Source: Squalus acanthias
Taxonomy: Eukaryota
DNA length: 64,000 bases
Reading direction: 5' to 3'
Assembly (NCBI GenBank): GCA_030390025.1
Contig: CM059432.1
Span: 120,716,001 to 120,780,000 of the forward strand
Below are positions 24,140-36,133 of the stretch, one piece after another. The translations under genes and the position numbers were made by a program. The notes below the pieces were generated by a model. It had not been told where the DNA came from. It was given only the letters and a program-made list of their open reading frames with translations, and did no database searches. Numbering within the stretch: position 1 is the first letter of the stretch; each line of letters opens with the position of its first letter.

Positions 24140-24345
24140 CCTTGTCAGCTCTGGTGAGGTTGTTGAACTTTTTGGAGCACCATTCTGCACTCCTGAGGGG
24201 TTGTACTCAGTGCCAGTACCACCTCCCTCCAAGTGACATGAGTTACGTTTCTGGGTGCCTTAGTGGTACCCACACTCAACAATCTGTGCCTTCTTCCTTC
24301 AATTTGCCTTGGTGCCATGCCCTGTTGTGCTCTGGGTCTAGATGA
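24140..24345 (-). pseudogene. Remnant of a Harbinger Myb/SANT exon 1
   Basis: Minus strand reads WREV... then RSAEWCSKKFNNLTRADK|GT, with the same motif and donor position as 5557-5796. Confidence 0.6.
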
Positions 24346-26089
24346 TATCTTCATATCATGGTCTTGATCCACCCCCCCCCCCCCCCCCAAATGGATCTAG
24401 TAGGTACATTTTGGCCCTGTTATAAACGGGGCTGATCGGCCACATTTGGATACTTTCTCAGATCCTCCATTACTTGCCACATTTTACCATCTCCTGAGGC
24501 GGGTGTCTGAGATTCACTGCTAGCGGGGCAGAGTTATTTAAATTATTAGACCTCCCTCTGATCCCACAAACATTGGCGGTGCCAATACCAAAGGTCCCGT
24601 ATAAGCACGTTCTGGCACTTACACTCTGGATCTTCAGCCTCTGCCGCTTCATCAAATTCCATCACATCTGTCATATAACTAAAAAAAGCGCAGAGGGAAC
24701 TGTTGAATATGATTTTTATTCCATAAAACTTGCATAATGGACTTATATATTATGGGGTTCCCTTCAACATATTCTCTAACTTTCTATACAGTATTCGCTA
24801 CACCTCTTGCGTCAGGTTAAATTTGTTGCTCATATATTTCAATGTACAAGTAAAAATGAATTCATTACTGCTTTATAATCCTCTTGAATGGATTGTGATT
24901 CTCAATATCTCATTGTATAGCATGTCAATTTGCAACATGAGGAAGAATGATATACCCCCTGATCGTTTTCGCACAAATTACTTTCAAGATCGATTGGCAG
25001 AAATGTAGATGTATAAGAATTCTTAATACTACTTTGTATCACCACAGGACTATCTTCCTGATAAAATGCATTTTCCCATTAGCTCCACTTTGCTGTCAAA
25101 GTGTATTATCCTGTTCTTTAAATTGTAGTCCGATGTTGATGTGAACAAAAATCCCTTTCAATTGCACATGACATGAAATGAAAGAAGCCCTAATGCGAAC
25201 GCCCTCCACCCTGTGTGAAAGGCTGGGAGCTGGAAGAGGGCCAGTGAAAGTTTATGGTGAGGTATTCGAGTCTGTGAGGGAGGCAGAAAGCTGCAATGGA
25301 AGGCTCTGATTTACGAGGTAAGATGGTAAACAGAAGCTGACAAAAAAGGAAAACCCCTCTCAAGTTCAAGAGCTGGAATAAGAGGCTCTCTCATCTCTGA
25401 GAAAGGGTGAGTGAGAGCGAAAGATTGGGGGAAGGCCAGTAGTTGAAATGTCAGGCTCTGAACGGAGATTCTGTAAATCACCATGGAACGTGCCAGTAAA
25501 ACATTGGCCCCGGAACCTTCCCATAATTTTTGGCGTAACCAAGGAGTTAGAGCGTCATAGTGACGATTTTAGCGGACAAACTTGTGCCTAACTGACTTCT
25601 GGGGTTTGTACTGAAACATCACTATGCACAAGTTTCCTCGATCTTTCACGCCATTTCCTCGCCATGTCTGCCGAAACTCTCTGTCGCTTATTAACATGAT
25701 GCGGAGATGCCGGTATTAACATAGCTGCTCTCCCACGCAAAAGAGCAGCTCACACAACTTTCCTTGCATTTTCGCCAGTCCTGCGCTGGCCGAGATTTAC
25801 GTCCATATATTTAGGTGTACCATAGGCCATGTAACTGAGGAGTTTGAGCCTTGGATGAGTACCTAAGCTTTTTAGCTTCATTTCTGGAGTTTGAGAACCA
25901 TTTTCTTCGCGATCCTGGTTTGAACTTTTCTCATTGAGAGCTGCAAAGTGTTGGCAGTGTCAGTGCACCTGAAATGGTTCACAGCCCGTTTCCTCCCCCA
26001 GTCTAGAAGCTGGAATGACCTTCCCAACGGGCATACCCCTGTTCTGCATAATAATGGCCAGGAGGAGGTAAGAGGCTCCGAAAGTGAAA

Positions 26090-26765
26090 CAACATGGCAG
26101 AAGACAGCAGCCCACTTGCGATTACCCTTCCTCAGAGAGTGTACAGGCAGCGCAGGTCGCACTGTTTTCTCTCGGAGGAGCTGTGCACCAAGAGGCTGCG
26201 CTTCACACAGGAAGCCATCGGCCATCTGTGTAGGAAGACTTCACATTGCACATCCCGCAAAGTGTTGTTGGTCGAGAGAAAGGTCACCACGGCCCTGAAT
26301 TTTTACGATATTGGAACCTTCCAGTCAGTCACGGGGTTGCTGTGCAATATCAGCCAGGGAGCTGTAAGGGCCTGAATTCACCAAGCGACAGATGCCATTA
26401 TCCTAGACCACCTGACTACATCAGTGATAACATGTCACAAGTGGCGCAGAAAGACAGGGCCATTCACTTCTACAGGCTCGCTGGTTTCCCTCGGGTGGAG
26501 GTGGCATCGATGGCACACATGTCCCATATATCAACAGGAAGGGGTGCCACTCGCTGAATGTCCAGATTGTCTGTGACGCCCAGCAACAAATACTGCACGT
26601 CAATACGCAGCATGCAGGAAGCTGCCATGGCTGATGATATCATTCCGTGTGAACTGTGATGCAGCAGAGGAGTATTACAATCATGCCTCCAGGCTGATGG
26701 TGGAGAGGACCATTGTGGTCCTGAAAGGCTAATTCAGGTGCCTGGACAGGTCAGGGGGTACCTTG
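26090..26765 (+). pseudogene. Internally deleted Harbinger transposase from a different subfamily
   Basis: RVYRQR...LSEELC.KRLRF, KVTTALNFY..GTFQ, AGFPRV, IDGTHV, NRKG.HSLNVQIVCD, then [17 protein letters not shown]. Confidence 0.85.
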
Positions 26766-26831
26766 CAGCCTGCTGTGAACGTCACAATTTCACCTTGCGG
26801 GAAGAGTTCAGTCTGGACTTACCTGGGGAGG

Positions 26832-27245
26832 AAACATAGAAACATAGAATATAGGAGCAGGAGTAGGCCATTCGGCCCCTCGAGCCTGCTCCGCCATTCG
26901 ATGAGATCATGGCTGATCATCCAAACTCAGTACCCTGTCCCTGCCTTCTCCCCATATCCCTTGATACCTTTAGCCTTAAGAAATATATCTAACTCCTTCT
27001 TGAATATATTTACTGAATTGGCCTCAACTGCCTTCTGTGGTAGAGAATTCCACAGGTTCACCACTCTCTGGGTGAAGAAATTCCTCCTCATCTCTGTCCT
27101 AAATGGCTTACCCCTTATCTTTAGACTGTAACCTCTTGTTCTGGACTCACCCACCATCGGGAACATCTTTCCTGCATCCAGTCTGTCTAGCCCTGTTAGA
27201 ATTTTATAAGTTTCAATGAGATCTCCTCTCATTCTTCTAAACTCA
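26832..27245 (-). mobile_element. CR1 3' fragment
   Basis: MRGDLIETYKIL...RRNFFTQRVVNLWNSLP and an (AAACATAG)n tail. Confidence 0.93.
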
Positions 27246-28059
27246 TGCTACCAGCTCTGTGAAGCTGTCAAACACTGACAATATGATTTCTAACGTGAGT
27301 CCCTGTACTTAGATTCAGTTAGAAATCAATCCAGCCCAGAAAGCAGAGACTGCAGCTTTTGACAGCTCCACGGCCATTCTGCTTTCTGTGCCGGTGAGCT
27401 GAGGGACTCCCGAGACCTGAAGGAAGGAAGCCTGCAGGACAAAGTTAAGGTAAGTACAAGTTCTTAAAACACTTTACACACACCAAACACACTTACCTCT
27501 GCACTCATGCACCCATCACTCACCTGCACACCGGACATCTCGACCCCTCCAAGCCCTCCAGACCGACGGACCGCCTTGCTAAATTGGCGTGGTTCGGACC
27601 TGTTGGGAAGCCCACACCTCAGGGCTAAAAATAGGGATTAGACAAAAAACTGCCTGTTAACTACCTGTTAACAGGCAGTTTATTGGCACTAATCCCCTTC
27701 CCGCCTCGGGGAGGCGGGTCCCAGCACAGGTCGGGTCCCGCCTCCTGTGAAACTGGCATTTTTAACCCCCCACACGCCTCCAAACCCGCCTCCACGGGTC
27801 AATGAAAATTCTGCCCATTGTCACTTCAAGCTGCCAGGACTGTCACAGGGGAGCTCATCACAGAGGAGTTCAGGACATGATTGCCTCCATCTTCAGGACC
27901 AATTTTGCCTACCTTTTCTTTCAATAAAGGTTGCCTGGAAGCAATGCCCACTCAAGCACATGGCATTGCACAAACCCCTTACCCCCCACATGACAATACC
28001 AACTTTCATCAGCTGAATGAACAAGGCTAAACTATTCACGTGGACTGTTCCCTGTTAGA

Positions 28060-28707
28060 TTGTAACATCGCCCAACTCCACCCCTGCCTCAGCTCATCCG
28101 CTGCTGAAACCCTCATCCATGCCTTTGTTACCGCCAGACTCGACTATTCCAACGCACTCCTGACCGGCCTCCCATTTTCCACCCCCCATAAACTTGAGCT
28201 CATCCAAAACTCTGCTGCCTGTGTCCTAACTCACACCAAGTCCTGTTCACCCATCACGCCAGTGCTCGCTGACCAACATTGGCTCCCGGTCCGGCAACGT
28301 CTCAAATTTAAAAGTCTCATCCTTGTTTTCAAATACCTCCATGGCCTCGCTCCTCCCTATTTCTGTAACTCCTTCAACCCTACAACCCTTCAAGATCTCT
28401 GCGCTCCTCCAAATCTGGCCACTTGTGTATCCCCAATTTTTATCGCTCCACCCCTGGCGGCTGTGGTTTCAGTTGCCAAGGCCCAAAGCTCTGGAATTAC
28501 CTCCCTAAACCTCTCCGCCTCTCTACCTCTCTCTCTTCCTTTAAGACGCTCCTTAAAGCCTACCTCTTTGACCAAGCTTTTGGCGATCTGTCCTAATATC
28601 ACCTTATGTGGCTCAGTATCAAATGTTGTATTGCTAATACTCCTGTGAAACGCCTTGGATCATTTTACTATGTTAAAGGTGCTATATAAATGCAAGTTGT
28701 TTTGTTG
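28060..28707 (+). mobile_element. L2 LINE 3' fragment
   Basis: ETLIHAFVTARLDYSNALL.GLP...LELIQNSAA. Tail GCTATATAAATGCAAGTTG. Confidence 0.92.
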
Positions 28708-28924
28708 TATGTGATAGGAGTGAAGATGTGGTTGGAAAGGGAATAGGTAGTGGGAAGAGAAGGGGTAAAGGGATACAATGGGTAGGGAGAAACATGTATG
28801 ACTGGGGGAGTGAATGGGAAAGGAGCTGATGAGAGCCACATTTTCCCCTGCCACCCCTACCCCAAAAGCAGCTTCCAGCCATTGGAGGCTTCTTTCCCTG
28901 CCACACCACCCACCACCTCCCACC

Positions 28925-29090
28925 CAAAAGGAAAGAAGAAAAAATAGAGAGGAAAGCAGAAGAGGACAGAGAGTAAAGTAAAAAAGAAATTAAGGAAAAG
29001 AAGCAGTAGAGAAGAGAAAAAGAGAGACAGAAGCAAAAGAAGAGAGACAGAGAGAAGCAGCAACATGAAGATATCAGAGACAAATAAGAT
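28925..29090. repeat. Purine-rich (A/G) low-complexity tract
   Basis: Almost entirely A/G on the + strand. Confidence 0.8.
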
Positions 29091-29197
29091 TAAATGACTT
29101 ACTGTGGGAAACATCACAGGAGATTAATTAGTGGATAACAAAAGAAAACGCTGGAAAAACTCAGCAGGCCAGGCAGCATCCGTGGAGAGAGAAACAG

Positions 29198-29234
29198 AGT
29201 TAACGTTTCAGGTCAAAGACCTTTCGTCAGAACT
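29198..29234 (-). ncRNA. Minimal type I hammerhead ribozyme motif, core intact
   Basis: Minus strand reads AGTT-CTGACGA-A-AGGTC-TTT-GACCT-GAAA-C-GTT-AACT. Stem I is AGTT/AACT, and the palindrome AACGTT replaces stem III. Confidence 0.7.
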
Positions 29235-29396
29235 GGAAAAAAGCAGGAAATGGAATAGATTTTAAAGCAAGTTTAGGGGCTGGGAAAAGGGGGAGGGGAT
29301 GAAAGAACAAAAGGGAACTTTTGTTCTTTCATCCCCTCCCCCTTTTCCCAGCCCCTAAACTTGCTTTAAAATCTATTCCATTTCCTGGTTTTTTCC

Positions 29397-29433
29397 AGTT
29401 CTGACGAAAGGTCTTCGACCTGAAACATTAACT
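29397..29433 (+). ncRNA. Minimal type I hammerhead ribozyme motif, stem III palindrome mutated
   Basis: AGTT-CTGACGA-A-AGGTC-TTC-GACCT-GAAA-C-ATT-AACT. Confidence 0.62.
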
Positions 29434-32400
29434 CTGTTTCTCTCTCCATGGATGCTGCCTGGCCTGCTGAGTTTTTACAGCATTTTCTGTTGTTATTTCA
29501 GATTTCCAGCATCCGTAGTATTTTGCTATTGTATTAATTAGTGGATATAAATTTTCAATACAACTTTATTTTTAAAGATTGCAGTGCAGTTGAAATGGAA
29601 GTGGAGTTCATGTTGACGACATGTGGGTTTCTGTGCAGTCGATTGTGTTATTATAAGTTTTATTTATGGTGTGACTGTGTTGTGTAGTTGCAGTTTTAGG
29701 TTCTTGGCCTGATGTCTTGTGTGGGTAGAGCGATGTCTGGTGTGCATGGGTTGTCACCTCTACTGTTAATTCAAGTCAACAGCAGCACTGCTGATACACT
29801 GCTGTTACTGTGTGGTACTTTGTACACATTATAAATCCCTTGTTCAGAGTTGTACACTGTCCGTGTGTTAAATCTACTTTAATCAGCAATGTAAGAATGT
29901 TTTTGAATAAAATAAAAATCATAATTTCTGTCTGCATCCATTGGAGATCTTTCTTCCCTTTGCTAATATTAAGTAATGAAAACTTGTGACGATTTTAACC
30001 CTATGCGGATTGGCCGTTAAATTACCCCGAGTTACTTACAGTTACCAGTATCCCGATGTCTGTGATCTTAACCTGATCTCCAGAGCAGGTGGCAAGGCCA
30101 CCTGCCCAAAACCAGCGGGATCTTTCTTTACATATACGTGCCAGGTCTCAATGACATCATTGAGACCTGACTGCAATTTTAATTCAGGCGAGCCAATCCT
30201 GGACCGAAGAGGATCAGCCCCAGAGGAAGTGAAAAAGAAAGTGTTTTGCTTTCCTTTGTGGGGCCAGGAACAGCAAGAGTGCTCCTCTGGGCACCCCAAC
30301 AAAAGCTTTGGCCTTCCCTGCCACGGACTCCCCCCTCATGAACGCCAATCCCCCACGAGAAGCCCCCGGAACCCGATCTCGACATCTACCTTGTGTCGGT
30401 GTGCGGTTTCTGGGCCGCACGATTTGCCTCCACGTCCCACCGACTTCCCAACCAGGCGGGAAGTGGACTGGCGGAATGTTAATGAAGCCCAGGAGTTAAA
30501 ATAGCCCGGATATTATTTCTGCAGCAGCGGGTGATGTTTCCAAACCTTTCTTATGGAGATAGGGCATTAAATTGGTCTTTGACGGTGGCGCAAAGTGGGC
30601 GATAGTGAATCGGCAGCCCATTTTACACCCCGCCCGGTTTTCTTTCTTCAATGGATTTCTTCGATTCGCTTTTGTTCGTTTTGCGCTATGGCTGAAAACC
30701 AACTTCACCTCCATACATTTGTGTTCAGAGACTAGCAGAACAGTTCTAAAAACAATGATGATCAATTTCAAAGAGAACAATTACTGAGTGGGAGAGGAGG
30801 GTACTGCTTCTGATGTCTTGTGTGGGTAGAGCGATGTCTGGTGTGCATGGGTTGTCACCTCTACTATTAATTCAAGTCAACAGCAGCTGATACACAATTC
30901 CCACAATGACATTCAGGAAAAATCACTTATTTCCCTGCTTCTTTTGGAGGAATTGCTCTTCCTGCTTGTTTTTCACTTCCTTCACTGGCAGCTTACTGCA
31001 GAATTGCCACACCAGGACTCAAAGCCAGAAAACAGCTACTGAGTTGGCCTAAGAGGCAGACCTGCCAGTGAACACACCTCAGTGCAGTAAGTAGTGTGGT
31101 TTAGCATTTTTAGTACAGAAGGCAATCCAGGAGCTGCCAGTAATGTAAAAATTAAAGGGCATTTATTACATATATTCCTTGAAACTACATTGTGCAAAGG
31201 TTAGCTGTTTAATGGAGGCAATACCATGTTTAAAGTAAATGGGTTCGTGCCTCTATTAAAATAGAAGATAAAGAAATTGATACGAAATTTCAAGGCCTCT
31301 CTAGCGCACACCTGCCACAACACTGGCAGGAGTATGGCAGAAGGGCCAGAAAACAGGCTAGGACCCAGATATGCCAGGTCCCAGCATGCAGCGCCATTAT
31401 GTGCAGGGCCTTGTATGGGTTGGAACATCCGTTCAATCCTTACAATGGCACCCACATCAAAGGGAACATAGATGGAGCCGAGGGCAGAGACCTCTTATGC
31501 TGGGACTTCCCATAACCTTGTCCTTACAGGTACGCTGAGTGAGGCGAGGCGAGGTGAAGGAGATGGGGGTCTTGGCTGAGATTGCGGTCCAGATACTCAA
31601 ATATCGCAGGGCACTTTTGTTTACTGATTAATTGTGGCCCCCCTCCTTACAAAAGTAGCTTCTGGCAGCTTTGAAAAATGTTTTCTTTGGAGGGGGTGGG
31701 GGATGAAAATCCAGCAGCATCCCAGAACAGGCAATTCATGCCAAACTTTAAGGCCTTTGGGACAATGACATGGGCACTCGCCAGCTCCATGCAAATTATG
31801 TAAACTTCCCCTGACCCCACATACTCTGGTACAGTCAGTACTGGGGACATCAGCTGGCATGATTGGGCCAGGATTGTGGCTCGTGGAATTTCGAGGCCAT
31901 TGTCTATGAATGTGTTAAGCATTTATACGCTAACACCACACAGCATACTTTCAAGGTCACGGTTCCCTGGAACTAAGCAGTAACAAGTGGAAACTAAGCA
32001 ACATGCTGTTTCTACTTCCAATTTTGCTCCCTCTTTTCCTAAAGAGGGTGACTCACTTTGAAGTACAGTGCTACACCTGTAGACATCCCTCCAGTACTAC
32101 CCCTTGAGCGGTGCACTTTTTTGCAAATGCCCAACATGGCCTCAGCTGAACCCAGGCAGATTTTTAATTTGTTGGTTAATGTTGGGCAGAATGCCCCCTT
32201 GGATGCTTACTCTAAACCGAAGAGGTAGGTCGTACACTGCTGCAGTGCTTAAGGGTGGTCAGAAATAACAGCTCAATGGCTTCCATCCTGCCGTGAGGCC
32301 CTGTCACTCTGAAGAATAAGAATAAACTTGCCTGTGGCTCTAGATTCCTGGAATATTTGGACGGATTGAAAAAAGAAACTGACCCTGAAAATCCGTGGGC

Positions 32401-33059
32401 CCACTGTAGTGTGGCAGAGTGGGTGCCGGTGACCTCCATTCCTGACCCTGCCGTTGTATCTGGAGTAAGGGTGAGGCCACGTCATTTACATGGCAAGGGT
32501 GCGGTATGTTTGGGGGGGACCACCAGCTTAATTTCCCCCCTTCACCCCACGAAAAAACACCAGCAAAAATGAACAGCCTATAAAATGGCTGATCAGGCAA
32601 AACAATTTCCAGAGACTTCCGGGTCAGGTTGCTAGGCTGAAGACCCTTTGTTCTAGGTTCATCCCAGAAGCCGGAGCGCTAGGTGGGAGGAAGGACAGAG
32701 CCATGCCTTCTGACATCATAGGCCATGTTTGGGACAGGCTGACGTTCTGCTCCAAACAGGCCCTAAAAGACTGGCAGGCTCTGCTGGGACCCAAAGATTC
32801 TTAGTTCAGCCCAATTTTCCTCCCCCTCCACGGCACTCCCAAAGACTTATGCTGTGAGTGCATTGCTGGCCCCAAATGAATTCAGACCAAACAAATATGA
32901 GAAATGAGAAAGCTTCATTGAAGTTTGAGACAATTAACAAAAGCAATGGCGGTAATGGAGAATTCAGAAAATGCACAGTTGGCACAGGTTACTTTATACA
33001 GAAACAACTGCATATTGAGGTACAGCTGTAGAACAATACACTTTGGAAAGAACAGAATT

Positions 33060-33360
33060 TTTTTTTATTCATTCACGGGATGTAAGCATCACTGGCAAGC
33101 CCATCCCTAATTGCCCTTCAGAAGGTGGTGGTGAGCCGCCTTCTTGAACCGCTGCAGTCCGTGTGGTGAAGGTGCTCCCACAGCACTGTTAGGGAGGGGT
33201 TCCAGGATTTTGATCCAGCGACAATGAAGGAGCGGCGATATATCTCCAAGTCAGGATGGTGTGTGACATGGAGGGGATCTTGCAGGTGGTGGTGTTCCCA
33301 TGTGCCTGCTGCCCTTGTCCTTCTAGGTGGAAGAGGTCGTGGGTTTGGGAGATGCTGTCT
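33060..33360 (-). mobile_element. 3' end of the APE/RT LINE family seen at 15915 and 62356
   Basis: Reverse complement contains GGACTGCAGCGGTTCAAGAAGGCGGCTCACCACCACCTTCTGAAGGGCAATTAGGGATGGGC and an A-rich end. Confidence 0.85.
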
Positions 33361-34628
33361 ATAGGACGAGACCACTTCTTCCCCCTTTGCTTCATAGGAT
33401 TACCTGCTAAACATTTTCTCTTCAGTCTTTTCTTAGCATTGTTGAAATGTTAAACACTTTTCTACTATAATATACTCATGAGGATGATGCTCATTAGAAG
33501 AGCCAATCATCCAGCCTTATCCCTAGGGAATTAGGTGGATTTTTTGTTTCTAAATATGATTTTCCACCTCTTTCACAATGAAGTCCAATTTAGCTCCTCT
33601 GAAAACAAGACTTCCATTTCTCTTTTTATAAGTGCTTAGTGCCGTATTTAACAATACCAGATTGATGCATAAGTGGCAGTGGTTCACTTCCAGATGTTTA
33701 AATTGAGTAATTTGCATTATACTATTGTAATTTATATTTATTGGATGGCTTAATTTACAGCCAGCAGTAGAGTTGATGTGCCAGGCTAGTCCATGGTCTG
33801 ATTTGCTGCCCAAAAGCCATTAATGCCAGCAACGGCAGAATCCAGACCTACAGTCATGCTGAATGCTGAGTCTCAGCCTGAACAGTAAATGAGTGGCTTA
33901 GGTTTGAACCTCAATTAACAGACCACTAACACAATCTCAAAGGTGATTAAACAGGACAAAGTTGTATCGAGATGTTTCAGTATTAGCTTTGCTTGTATTT
34001 CATGTTAATCTTCCCTTTGGACTGCTGTGTCAAATCCAGATATTGCAACGTAAGTTCTGCAGCATCAACAATTAACCCAGGCAAATATATGAAGTTAAAC
34101 AATATCTCATTGATCCCCAGACGCGAACTTCATGCACAATGTGCCTCCAGCCAATGCAGGATGATCGTCAAAAAAAAGCTACTTGTATCATTCAAAAGCG
34201 CTAGCAGCTTTGGAAAATCTATGAGCTGAAATAAAAACTCTCAGCAGAAGAATAATTGCGATAAATAAATTACTGGCTAGATTAAGCATTACATTAAAAA
34301 ATGCTGCGTCCTGGAACAGCTTAATGTGGCAGTAAAACAACTTCCCTTTATGCCACTGTGGCATTCTCCTGTTGAATTTATACCAACAGCAGTGCAAATT
34401 CAGTATGGAAATACGAGTAATACAGAAGCCAAATCTCACTCAGATTCAACAACAACAACAACTCGTATTTATATAGCGCCTTTAATGTAGTAAAACGTCC
34501 CAAGACGCTGCACAGGAGTATTATAAGACAAAAGATTTGACACCGAGTCACATAAGGAGAAATTAGGGCAGATGACCAAAAGCTTGGTCAAAGAGGTAGG
34601 TTTTAAGGAGCGTCTTAAAGGAGGAAAG

Positions 34629-36133
34629 GGGGTTAAACTAAGAGCTGAGAAGCTGTTACTTGCTAGTGCTTATTAAATTAATACCTTAAACTAGATAAAA
34701 TAATCAAACAATAAAAATAAAATATCGATCGAATAAAAGCTTTAACTAATTAATTAATAAATATAGCAAGGTTAGAGATGGCAGGGCAGGGCAGGCGGTG
34801 TGTCATAACTGCAGCATGTGGGAGTCTGTGGAGAGCATTGCGATCCCGAGCAACCACATCTGCAGTAACTGCCTGCAACTCGAGGAACTTCGGCTCAGAG
34901 TTGTTGAGCTGGGGTACGAGTTACAGACATTGCGATGCATCAGGGAAGGGGTGAGTTACCAGGACACTTTGTTCCAGGAGACAGTTACACCCTTTAGGTT
35001 AAGAAGTACTTTAGAGTTCATCAATGGTCAGGGACAGGAGGGTGTGAGTGCGAGTCAGGCAGGTGTGGGGACCCAGGATTTAGTGATGGAGGAGCCTCAG
35101 CCCTGGACCTTGTCCAACAGGTACGAGGTACTTGCTACCTGTATGGATGAGGAAAAGGAGGACGGGCAAACTGACCATGGCACTGTGGTACAGGGGGCCA
35201 TCCAAGTGGGAGGAGAAGGAAGGAATGTGGTAGTAGTAGGGGACAGTATAGTCAGGGGGATAGATACTGTTCTCTACAGCCGCGAAAGAGAGTCCTGAAG
35301 GCTGTGTTGCCTGCCCGGTGCCAGGGTTAAGGATATCTCCTCATGGCTGGAGAAGAACTTGGAGTGGGAGGGGGAGGATCCAGTTGTCATGGTCCATGTA
35401 GAAACCAATGACATAGGTAGAACTAAGAATGAGGTTCTGCTGAGGGAGTTTGGCGAGCTAGAGTCTAAATTAATAAGCAGAACCACAAGGGTAATAATCT
35501 CTGGATTAATACCTGAGCCAAGCGCAAATTGGCATAGGGTCAAACAGATCAGAGAGTTAAATGCGTGGCTCAAAGAGTGTTGTGTGAAAAAGGGGTTTCA
35601 ATTCATGGGGCACTGGCACTAGTACTGGGGAAAGAGGGAGCTCTTCCGTCGGGACGGGCTCCACTTAAACCAGGCTGGGACCAGCGTCCTGGCAAATCAA
35701 ATAACTAGGGCTGTAGATAGGGCTTTAAAGTAAAAAAAAAGGGGGGGTAGGGGTCAGGTGAGGGGAAATTTAGAAATCTAAAGAGAAAGATCAAGGCAAT
35801 AGAGCAGTGCAGCGATTTGGGTAAAAATAAGTATAGTCTCAGGATAAGGGGTCGGCCATTTAAGACCAAGATGAGGAGGAATTTCTTCACTCAGAGGTTT
35901 GTGAATCTTTGGAATTCTCTGCCCCAGAGGGCTGTTGATGCTGAGTCTTTGAGTATATTCAAGGTTGAGATAGATAGATTTTTGGACTCTAGGGGAATCA
36001 AGGGATATGGAGATCGGGCAGGAAAGTAGAGTTGATGTCAATGATCAGCCATGATCTTATTGAATGGTGGAGCAGGCTCGAGGGGCCGTATGGCCTACTC
36101 CCGCTCCTAGTTCTTATGTTCTTATGGTATTAT
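34629..36133 (+). mobile_element. CR1 derivative: ORF1 joined directly to the 3' end, nearly all of ORF2 missing
   Basis: GAAAG TSD (34624-34628, 36134-36138). ORF1 spans ~34778-35733. At ~35830 it jumps to YSLRIRGRPFKT.MRRNFFTQR and a TTCTTATG tail. Confidence 0.88.
34778..35733 (+). pseudogene. CR1 ORF1: zinc finger, leucine zipper and SGNH/GDSL esterase domain
   Basis: CHNCSMW...CSNC, LEELRLRVVEL, VVVVGDSIVRG, CLPGARVKD, VHVETNDIG and DGLHLN. In-frame stops at ~35296 and ~35620. Confidence 0.88.

Larger units (their letters stand above)
29138..29532. mobile_element. Fold-back (inverted pLTR pair) Penelope-like insertion with 15-bp TSD
   Basis: Arms 29135-29313 and 29318-29496 around a GGAA loop. 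TSD ATTAATTAGTGGATA at 29123-29137 and 29533-29547. Confidence 0.85.

Noticed and set aside
25505..27820. TIR pair delimiting the second Harbinger
   Set aside because: The candidate ends GGCCCCGGAACC and AAAATTCTGCCC match poorly, so boundaries were not called.
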